A stretch of 64,000 nucleotides of DNA, taken from NCBI GenBank assembly GCA_045540115.1, contig JAZQGR010000096.1:41887-105886 (forward strand). The letters run 5' to 3'. The notes under the pieces were generated by a model. The model was not told where the DNA came from. It searched no databases and worked only from the letters and a program-made list of their open reading frames with translations. This document shows positions 30,501 through 37,226 of the stretch, one piece after another. The translations under genes were made by a program, and so were the position numbers. Every line of letters starts with the position of its first letter. Position 1 is the first letter of the stretch. Origin of the DNA: Eubacteriales bacterium (lineage in GTDB: Bacteria; Bacillota; Clostridia; Oscillospirales; CAG-272).

Positions 30501-31798
30501 CCGTAAACGCTCAAAGTATCAACGTTTATATAGTTGTTACAGCAGAAAACGGCAGTAGCGCGATTTACACATTAACCATTGAGCGCGCTTCCCGAGACGC
30601 CGAGACACCGAAGGTTGATTTCAACGCAGTTGGAGAGACGCTTTATGTCGGTGCGGTCGGTAATGAGATATCTCTTTCCGCATCTGTAAACGATGGAGGA
30701 AATATTACAGTTGTCTGGTACGCATCGCGTAACGGAGAAGAGGCGCAGCCGATAGCAAACGGCTTTGCTTGCTCGCCGAGATTTGAGAAATACGGCAGCT
30801 ATAAGCTTTTTGCAATAGTTACGAATACAAACGAATTGTGTGATAATTCTGTCTCGACCTTCAAAACCGCTGAGATTGATTATACGGCACTTCGTAACGT
30901 AGCTCCTATCGATGTTGTAATCAGCAACTTTGTTTATAACGGAACCGCCGCTAACGCCTCTCACAATCTTTATAACGGCGACGGGGAAGTTATTATCCGA
31001 TTCTATTCCGATTCCGATTGTAAAAACGAGATAGATCCTCCTGTAAATGCAGGCTCTTACTATGCAAAGGCTTATGCATCCGCTACAGATGCTTATGAGG
31101 CTGCTGAAAGCTCTCCCAAGAATTTTATAATTATTAAAACGAGTAACACGAGCGTCCCGCAATATACAGTCACACAGCCTACGCTTCGGGAGCGCTACGG
31201 AACGCTTACGGTTATTTCAAGTAGCGTAGAATATTCGGTCAACGGCTCTGACTATACCGCTCTTGAGTCCGGAAATACCTATAAATTCGACGAGGGCGAC
31301 GTTGTCCGCATCAGATATTTCGAAACGGAAAACACAAGTGCATCTGAACCCGTCGTTATCACCTTCGTTCCTTTCGCGGGAACAGACGGCTTTTATCCCG
31401 TAAGCGGTTTTGATGCGGTTGCCATTGGTGAATATTTTGTAATTAACGCTGATAATCTTACTTCCGATAAGCTCATCGCTAATCTCGCAAAAAAGGATAA
31501 CCTTCAGATCAGCGACGTAAGAGGTACGGTCCTGAACGGAAAGAGTGATCTTATATATTCAGGTTGTAAGATAGCAATCGTTGACAATATCGGCGTCTAT
31601 AAGCAACTGACGGTGATAATACTCGGCGACCTTGACCGTGACGGTGTGGTAACTGATTCCGATGCATACGCGATCATGAAGCTTTCAAACGGAATGTCTG
31701 TTTCTTCAGACCCGCTTGTCAGTATCATTTGTGATATAGACGGTGACGGAGAAATTACCTCACTTGATGCCGCAAAAGCGTATTATAAGTCAAAATAA
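27503..31798 (+). CDS. secreted multidomain M23 (LytM-type) peptidase with SH3b, Listeria-Bacteroides repeat, Ig-like, FN3, cadherin-like and MBG-like modules and a C-terminal type-I dockerin
   Basis: 1431 aa with an N-terminal signal/anchor (LLSFILVISMLVCSM). M23 block ...GWGNYVIVRSG..IYAHL...GKMGNTGNSTGVHLHMQ. SH3-like WKVQVNSTLTVRSGPGTGYSKV. Repeat GYTFLGWSTDPSA...LFAVWED. Dockerin GDLDRDGVVTDSDA...CDIDGDGEITSLDA at 31625-31795. Confidence 0.85.
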   Translation: MSIREMSHRAVSRLLSFILVISMLVCSMPLYINSISSDEEYYLPWLWPVPGSYVLTGLDYYYSGNPHGQGQAIDIGNNGYSENIRLDVISATSGEVLYIQNSYNETTNKGSGWGNYVIVRSGNVCIIYAHLLKVTCKYGKINAGDVIGKMGNTGNSTGVHLHMQAYPYSQNSTSTDIHVFDNYIHNPLYVPYFSFRGGVIKHSKRYGEHLSQYYTTVSGQDYVFSGGYFGNYGEKTLGATIKSVRTDGARLYAQPLKSAQQNETVEFGKEIPVYAYYYDAYGQLWYLVSEHSLDKWIPESDVGFSEYIFDAEYEDKSSPNGTYGTYKDIYYSGNVSSSNVVKSIRAEIKGDSGIVATYSVDVNAYEYEINNVFYDGFGITELNDGEYTYEIFVTERAYFPGADAVSKTYSVFSSSFVIDKSASDGIPPLVEEIRIDTMTESDIRLSVTATDNKKVQRLCFVFTNSNGFEISFDAVPEGNIYTADIPISSLDGAGEYTVTAKAFDPYTNTDESSISLIIPDEEEGETWKVQVNSTLTVRSGPGTGYSKVTSLKNNALITVTEVEYNSSDKRNWAYIGTGWVALDYAIYQSGYLYNVTFNLLGGNADIFKLQKAFGQDAVIPDVTPVKEGYTFLGWSTDPSATKADYMPGDAYTKNESTVLFAVWEDKTAPIITDVSVLEKGYVGDKITLSVIASDNTGTVYYSFDGGVSFRRDNSYVIYENTVIPSGTIIVKDPSGNQTVYDSEIVISNIDKVPPSIDVETLYVSVDGDEATFSFGEAIDHESGLDKYTLVYSVNLDFSGSVSEEIESGHTVTLGDGVYYAKLIITDKTGNKTEVQFDRFVVGEREKLSTPENLTHRTASNGSVIFEWKLVNNADYYVLTVSENSDFADSVSYESTDNTVSIDSVQYGKVYYAKLVAMTYDGIYLTSDPSETVRFETVSSDNAIYSFVSLDAVINGKNAWVKLPYSANTVDLSCNVHANAGVRYYLNESLDNEIATPNSFSVNAQSINVYIVVTAENGSSAIYTLTIERASRDAETPKVDFNAVGETLYVGAVGNEISLSASVNDGGNITVVWYASRNGEEAQPIANGFACSPRFEKYGSYKLFAIVTNTNELCDNSVSTFKTAEIDYTALRNVAPIDVVISNFVYNGTAANASHNLYNGDGEVIIRFYSDSDCKNEIDPPVNAGSYYAKAYASATDAYEAAESSPKNFIIIKTSNTSVPQYTVTQPTLRERYGTLTVISSSVEYSVNGSDYTALESGNTYKFDEGDVVRIRYFETENTSASEPVVITFVPFAGTDGFYPVSGFDAVAIGEYFVINADNLTSDKLIANLAKKDNLQISDVRGTVLNGKSDLIYSGCKIAIVDNIGVYKQLTVIILGDLDRDGVVTDSDAYAIMKLSNGMSVSSDPLVSIICDIDGDGEITSLDAAKAYYKSK

Positions 31799-31839
31799 AA
31801 GAAATGGGTAAGAGTTACTTTTCTCTTACCCATTTCTTT
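31798..31839. terminator. bidirectional terminator; its downstream arm is the 3' end of the minus-strand gene
   Basis: Perfect 17-bp stem AAAGAAATGGGTAAGAG / CTCTTACCCATTTCTTT with an 8-nt loop. Confidence 0.8.
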
Positions 31840-32345
31840 ATATATCTGAAGGTCTCCTTCTCGCCTTTTTCTGCGAGCATATAGAGCAGCTCCTCGAGCT
31901 TGTCGGAAGTCTTCTCGTGAATAAAGCGGTTTGCTTTTCCTCTCATAAAATACTCGAGAGGGAATGTGTCGGTATAGTTTTTGCCTTGATAGATCTTTGA
32001 AGCAGCGACACGGTCGCAGAACATTTCAGCCAAATATTTCTTCGGCATTTCAACAGGCATAACCTTTTTCGCTATCGGGTTATAATCGTTCCAATACTCG
32101 AAATGATGCTTGTTTCTTCCTTTGTGGTGAAGCCAGGCGGGTGAATATCCGAGTACCTCTCGTTCGCCCTCGTTCGGGCTTCTCGTTCCCTTATAGTATT
32201 TTGCGCCCGCGAAGAATTCTGACGGGGAGTATTTCGACAGATCGTGAAAAAGCCCCTGAAAGCCGATTCCCGCCTTAAAGCAATGGGCGATAACCTTGTG
32301 GCGATGCTTTGTTATTGTTCTGAAATGCTTGATTGGGTGTATCAT
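31815..32345 (-). CDS. DUF5662-like protein (His-rich, HD-like), unknown function
   Basis: 176 aa with FHDLSKYSPSEF and SPAWLHHKGRNKHHFEYW blocks remembered from the DUF5662 family. Weak RBS. Confidence 0.5.
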   Translation of the reverse strand: MIHPIKHFRTITKHRHKVIAHCFKAGIGFQGLFHDLSKYSPSEFFAGAKYYKGTRSPNEGEREVLGYSPAWLHHKGRNKHHFEYWNDYNPIAKKVMPVEMPKKYLAEMFCDRVAASKIYQGKNYTDTFPLEYFMRGKANRFIHEKTSDKLEELLYMLAEKGEKETFRYIKKWVREK

Positions 32346-32427
32346 AGAGAAGTTTCCTTAAAAATTTTGCAATTGTAGTGACAAAAAGGACAGAATCTGT
32401 TATAATAGATCAAAAGGCGGTGAAAAA

Positions 32428-32730
32428 ATGGTTAAACATATAATTTTATGGAAGCTTGACGAAGAGCTCTCCGAAAACGAAAAGAATCAGGTAACGACCA
32501 ATGCCAAGCGCGAGCTTGAAGCACTTGTCGGAAAGGTTCCGGGATTGCTTTCGATGAATATCGAGATCGGACGTCTTGAAAGCTCTAATGCTGATATGAT
32601 GCTCGACAGTACGCTTGAAAACACAGAGGCTCTTAAGGGATACGCAACGCATCCCGAGCACGTTCGTGTGGCGAATGAGTTCTTGAGCCCTTATATCGTC
32701 CAGCGCTTGTGTCTCGATTTTAACGTGTAA
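32428..32730 (+). CDS. Dabb (stress-responsive alpha/beta barrel) family protein
   Basis: 100 aa, MVKHIILWKL... and the YATHPEHVRV motif. Confidence 0.8.
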   Translation: MVKHIILWKLDEELSENEKNQVTTNAKRELEALVGKVPGLLSMNIEIGRLESSNADMMLDSTLENTEALKGYATHPEHVRVANEFLSPYIVQRLCLDFNV

Positions 32731-34045
32731 GATTAGTCTTTAAATAATGGATAAGATGCTCTTTCGTATTTTCTGTTTCTCCGTTCAATACGGCGTTAAA
32801 CAGAAGCGAAAGGGCATTTCCTATTTCTTTTCCCGCATATCCAAGAGCTTTTACGTCGTTGCCGTTTACTGCAAGATCAGATAGCGTCAGACACGGTTCC
32901 TTCGAGAGAATCTCGTTTGCAATTCTGCGAAGCGATTCGTTATGCTCGGTGCGGAGGGAAGTGTCAAGCTTCTGAGATGCATTGTCGGCTCTTTGAAGGT
33001 CGAGAAGGTCAAAAAACAGATCCTTGCCAATCTTGCTGAGCTTTCGACCTACAGCAGTTTCGGTTTCTTCTATTACGCCGTCATGGTGGCGAATCAGAGT
33101 TACTATGCGCTTTATCTCTGCGTTTGAAAAACGAAGATCGCGAAGAATATCTTCTGACATTTCAGCACCGATGTGTGCATGAGCGTAAAAATGACTGACT
33201 CCGTCTACATCCGTTGAATTCGTTCTGGGCTTTGCAATGTCGTGAAGCATACCCGCAAAGCGAAGAATTGGGTCCTTAGGAAGGTTTGATACTGTTTTTA
33301 GAGTATGTGTATAAAGGTCAAAATCGTGATGAGGATTATTCTGAGAGTAGTCGAAGGTAGATTCAATATCGGGAATAATATGTGCAATTACGTTGCGATA
33401 TACATGCATGATTCTCTGCACGTTATCACCACAGATCATTTTTTTAAGCTCGTCGCGAACTCTTTCTCTTGAAACGATGGACAGATTGCTCTTAAGGGAT
33501 AATATTGCGTCCGAGGTTTCGCTCTCAATATCAAAGCAAAGCGTTGATGAAAATCTTAAAGCGCGGAGAATGCGAAGCGCATCCTCGGAGAAACGTTTGA
33601 TCGGATCGCCGACACAACGTATCGTTTTTGACTCTATATCATTGATCCCACCGAAAGGATCGATGTATCCTTCGCTCGGAGAATACGCAATTGCATTGAC
33701 CGTGAAGTCACGTCGACTAAGGTCTTTAACTATATCGCGTGTAAAGTCGACGCTGTCGGGGTGTCTGCCGTCAGAATAGCTTCCTTCGGTGCGGAAGGTA
33801 GTTATCTCGATCGCAGATGAGCCGATGATGACAGTTACTGTTCCGTGTTTTAGTCCGGTTTCAATAACCCGCTGATCGGAAAAGACAGCCTCCACCTCTT
33901 TTGGCAGAGCGTCAGTACATACATCGTAGTCGTTTACATTTCTGCCCATCAGATGATCTCTGACAGCACCACCGACAACGTAGGCATTGAATCCGCGGCC
34001 GAGTAAGGATCTTATGCAGAAATCAACCTCGTTCGGCAGGTGCAT
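32720..34045 (-). CDS. cca: CCA tRNA nucleotidyltransferase (poly(A) polymerase family with HD domain)
   Basis: GGAVRD...DYDVCT nucleotidyltransferase motif and a C-terminal HD region (MLHDIAKP). Start uncertain: ATG 34045 is 4 nt after the upstream stop and gives a typical N-terminus. The ORF track extends to TTG 34117; ATGs at 34078 and 34066 are also possible. Confidence 0.88.
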   Translation of the reverse strand: MHLPNEVDFCIRSLLGRGFNAYVVGGAVRDHLMGRNVNDYDVCTDALPKEVEAVFSDQRVIETGLKHGTVTVIIGSSAIEITTFRTEGSYSDGRHPDSVDFTRDIVKDLSRRDFTVNAIAYSPSEGYIDPFGGINDIESKTIRCVGDPIKRFSEDALRILRALRFSSTLCFDIESETSDAILSLKSNLSIVSRERVRDELKKMICGDNVQRIMHVYRNVIAHIIPDIESTFDYSQNNPHHDFDLYTHTLKTVSNLPKDPILRFAGMLHDIAKPRTNSTDVDGVSHFYAHAHIGAEMSEDILRDLRFSNAEIKRIVTLIRHHDGVIEETETAVGRKLSKIGKDLFFDLLDLQRADNASQKLDTSLRTEHNESLRRIANEILSKEPCLTLSDLAVNGNDVKALGYAGKEIGNALSLLFNAVLNGETENTKEHLIHYLKTNLTR

Positions 34046-34049
34046 CGGC

Positions 34050-34448
34050 TTATTCACAGTGTCCATCGCATTTAGCATCAAACATTCCGGTAAGAGTGGC
34101 GGTAAGAACTCCGTCAATTTCCTCGAAGCCTATTGCTCTTGAAAGACGCGCCTCGCTCTCGGATGACGGGGCGGGATAATATGCAGTAACAACTCCGCAG
34201 AGGTCAAGGAAATTTAAAACCGCTCGACCAAGAATAAACATTCCTTCAAAGTCCTCCGGTGTCCCTACGACTTGACGCATAGCGTCGATGACTGCACCTT
34301 CTTCTCGTATGTCAAATTGAGCGCAGGCAAGCAAATCTCCATCGTTATGTGCCTTATACGCAAACAGCTCCGGCTTGAACTCAATTCCGCAAAGAGAAGC
34401 GATCTCCTTCTGTTCGTTTTTATCTTCAATCGGCTTGATAATAAGCAT
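34050..34448 (-). CDS. hypothetical small protein (possibly acetyltransferase-like fold), C-terminal CDGHC
   Basis: ATG 34448 follows GAGGT. 132 aa, MLIIKPIEDKNEQKEIASLCGIEF...; no motif I can name. Confidence 0.5.
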   Translation of the reverse strand: MLIIKPIEDKNEQKEIASLCGIEFKPELFAYKAHNDGDLLACAQFDIREEGAVIDAMRQVVGTPEDFEGMFILGRAVLNFLDLCGVVTAYYPAPSSESEARLSRAIGFEEIDGVLTATLTGMFDAKCDGHCE

Positions 34449-34576
34449 AAAGTACCTCGAAATTAAAATATATAATATTTTAACAAAATTTTCGTAATAA
34501 GTCAACAATAAGCAATAAAGTAATAATTTAATCGCTAAAAAAATATCGAAAAAGAAGTTTTTTTCGCCAAAACCTA

Positions 34577-34605
34577 TTGATTATTTTCTTTTAGTATGTT
34601 ATACT
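34577..34605 (+). promoter_or_regulatory. sigma-A-type promoter of the hydrogenase operon
   Basis: TTGATT 34577-34582, 17-nt spacer ending in TGT (extended -10), TATACT 34600-34605. Confidence 0.55.
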
Positions 34606-34709
34606 AATGTAGATATGAAGATATGCTGAATACGTATGGCTATTTTCATATAAACGCTATCAATAATTTTGCCGGAAGCACATTAAAAAACGATGGAGGT
34701 TCAGTTAAC

Positions 34710-35204
34710 GTGCAAAAGAAAATCAGTAATCATCCGTTTAACGGAACGCCCGAGCAGGCAGCTAAGCTTGAAGCTGTTATAAACGCTAACAAGCACGATA
34801 AGAGTCTGCTTATGGCAGTAATGCAGGAAGCACAGGGAATCTACGGCTATCTGCCTTACGAAGTGCAGAAGATGATCGCCGACGGAATGGATATTCCGAT
34901 CGAAAAGGTATTCGGCGTATCGACCTTCTACGCACAGTTCTCCCTTACCCCCAAGGGTGAGTATAACATCTCGGTATGTCTCGGTACGGCTTGCTACGTA
35001 AAGGGAGCAGGTATCATCTTTGATAAGCTTTCCGAAAAGCTTGGTATCGGTGCTGAGGAGTGTACTGCCGACGGAAAATTCAGTCTTACCGCTTGCCGTT
35101 GCATCGGCGCGTGCGGACTTGCACCGGTTCTTACCGTCAACGAAGAAGTCTATGGCCGTCTTGAAGCCAAGGACGTTGACACTATCCTTGCAAAGTATCA
35201 GTAA
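34710..35204 (+). CDS. hydC: [FeFe] hydrogenase subunit HydC (NuoE-like [2Fe-2S] protein)
   Basis: GTG 34710 lies 9 nt after GGAGG; the ORF-track start at 34623 has no RBS. Thioredoxin-like 2Fe-2S pattern CLGTACYVKG ... CRCIGACGLAP. Confidence 0.85.
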   Translation: MQKKISNHPFNGTPEQAAKLEAVINANKHDKSLLMAVMQEAQGIYGYLPYEVQKMIADGMDIPIEKVFGVSTFYAQFSLTPKGEYNISVCLGTACYVKGAGIIFDKLSEKLGIGAEECTADGKFSLTACRCIGACGLAPVLTVNEEVYGRLEAKDVDTILAKYQ

Positions 35205-35298
35205 TATAATTTAAGAACCGCACGTCTTTCGGTCTCATCCGGCAAGTCCGAAATATAGCTTCTGCGGTACACAATTAATTTAGGAGGAATAAGCACTG

Positions 35299-37209
35299 AT
35301 GATTAATACAGTTGCAGAACTTAACGCTCTTCGCGAGCAGGTTCTTCAGACCATCGCTCTCCGCGATACTGAAAAGCTTGCATCCGTAAAGTGCGATTAC
35401 AAGAGAAACGTTCTTGTCTGTGGCGGTACCGGTTGTACCTCGTCTAACAGTCTTAAGATCGTTGAAGCGCTTAAGCGTGAGATCGCGGCAAACGGAATCG
35501 AGAACGAAGTTAAGGTAGTTACTACCGGATGCTTCGGTCTTTGTGCACTCGGCCCGATCATGATAGTTTACCCCGAGGGAAGCTTCTATTCAATGGTTAA
35601 CGTAGATGATATTCCCGAAATCGTTAAGGAGCACTTCGTAAACGGTAACGTTGTTACCCGTCTCCTTTATGACGAAACCGTTGGTGAAGGCGGCAAGATC
35701 AAGTCCCTTAATGAGACTGACTTCTACCGTAAGCAAATTCGTGTAGCTCTCCGTAACTGCGGTGTTATCGACCCCGAGGACATTAATGAATACGTAGCTC
35801 GCGACGGTTACCAGGCACTTGCTAAGTGTCTTACCGAGCTCACTCCTGATGACGTAATCAAGATCGTATCCGATTCCGGACTTCGCGGACGTGGAGGCGG
35901 CGGATTCCCGACCGGTCGTAAGTGGGCGCTTTGTGCACCTAACAAGGCAGATCAGAAGTACGTCGTATGTAACGCCGATGAGGGCGACCCCGGTGCATTC
36001 ATGGACCGTTCCGTTCTCGAGGGCGACCCCCACTGCCTTATCGAGGCAATGGCTATCGCGGGTTACGCTGTCGGAGCAACTCAGGGTTATGTTTACGTAA
36101 GAGCCGAGTACCCGATCGCAGTTACTCGTCTTCAGAAGGCAATCGAGGACGCAAGAGCTAACGGAGTTCTCGGAAAGAACATTTTCGGAACCGGCTTTGA
36201 CTTCGATATGGATATCCGTCTCGGCGCAGGCGCATTCGTCTGCGGTGAGGAGACCGCTCTTATGACCTCTATCGAGGGTAACAGAGGCGAGCCTCGCCCC
36301 CGTCCTCCTTTCCCGGCTGTCAAGGGTCTCTTTGGCAAGCCTACCGTCGAAAACAACGTTGAGACTTTTGCTAACGTTCCTCAGATCATCCTCAAGGGTG
36401 CTGAATGGTTCGCTTCGATGGGTACTCCTACCGCTAAGGGTACTAAGGTATTCGCACTCGGTGGTAAGATCAAGCACACCGGTCTTGTTGAGATCCCGAT
36501 GGGTACCACCCTTCGCGAGATCGTTGAGGAGATCGGCGGCGGTATCCCGAACGGTAAGTCCTTCAAGGCTGCTCAGGCAGGTGGTCCTTCCGGCGGTTGT
36601 ATCCCTGCATCTCTTATCGACACCCCTGTTGACTACGATAACCTCACCGCAGTTGGTTGTATGATCGGCTCGGGCGGACTTATCGCAATGGACGAGGATA
36701 CCTGTATGGTCGATATGGCTAAGTTCTTCCTTGAGTTCACCGTTGACGAGTCCTGCGGTAAGTGCACTCCTTGCCGTGTTGGTATCAAGAGACTTCTTGA
36801 GATCCTCGACAAGATCACCGAGGGTAAGGGAACTCTCGAGGATATCGATCGCATGGAAGAGCTTTGTAACTACATAAAGGCAAACTCTCTCTGCGGTCTC
36901 GGACAGACTGCACCTAACCCTGTTCTTTCGACTCTCCGTTTCTTCCGCGATGAGTATGTTGCTCACGTTGTTGATAAGAAGTGTCCTGCAGGCGTTTGTA
37001 AGAGCCTTCTTAACTTTGTAATTGACAAGGAAAAGTGTATCGGTTGCGGACTCTGCGCTAAGAACTGTCCCGCTGATGCAATTTCCAGAACCGACTACAT
37101 TGCTCCCGGTCACAAGCTCGCTTCCTTCGAGATCAACACCGAAAAGTGCGTTAAGTGCGGTGCTTGTCTTGATTCCTGCAAGAAGATCAAAGCAATTTCC
37201 AAGAAGTAA
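35299..37209 (+). CDS. hydB: [FeFe] hydrogenase subunit HydB (NuoF-like NAD(H)/FMN/Fe-S subunit)
   Basis: N-terminal 2Fe-2S domain (CGGTGCTSS...GCFGLCALGP), GLRGRGGGGFPTGRKW FMN/NADH site, ESCGKCTPCR 4Fe-4S, and a C-terminal 2x[4Fe-4S] ferredoxin (CIGCGLCAKNCP, CVKCGACLDSC). Confidence 0.9.
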   Translation: MINTVAELNALREQVLQTIALRDTEKLASVKCDYKRNVLVCGGTGCTSSNSLKIVEALKREIAANGIENEVKVVTTGCFGLCALGPIMIVYPEGSFYSMVNVDDIPEIVKEHFVNGNVVTRLLYDETVGEGGKIKSLNETDFYRKQIRVALRNCGVIDPEDINEYVARDGYQALAKCLTELTPDDVIKIVSDSGLRGRGGGGFPTGRKWALCAPNKADQKYVVCNADEGDPGAFMDRSVLEGDPHCLIEAMAIAGYAVGATQGYVYVRAEYPIAVTRLQKAIEDARANGVLGKNIFGTGFDFDMDIRLGAGAFVCGEETALMTSIEGNRGEPRPRPPFPAVKGLFGKPTVENNVETFANVPQIILKGAEWFASMGTPTAKGTKVFALGGKIKHTGLVEIPMGTTLREIVEEIGGGIPNGKSFKAAQAGGPSGGCIPASLIDTPVDYDNLTAVGCMIGSGGLIAMDEDTCMVDMAKFFLEFTVDESCGKCTPCRVGIKRLLEILDKITEGKGTLEDIDRMEELCNYIKANSLCGLGQTAPNPVLSTLRFFRDEYVAHVVDKKCPAGVCKSLLNFVIDKEKCIGCGLCAKNCPADAISRTDYIAPGHKLASFEINTEKCVKCGACLDSCKKIKAISKK

Positions 37210-37226
37210 GAAAGGAGTACGCTGCT

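Noticed and set aside
34623-34709. Longer hydC start (ATG 34623).
   Set aside because: It has no Shine-Dalgarno and lies within 20 nt of the predicted -10. GTG 34710 sits 9 nt after GGAGG and gives a typical NuoE-like length of 164 aa.
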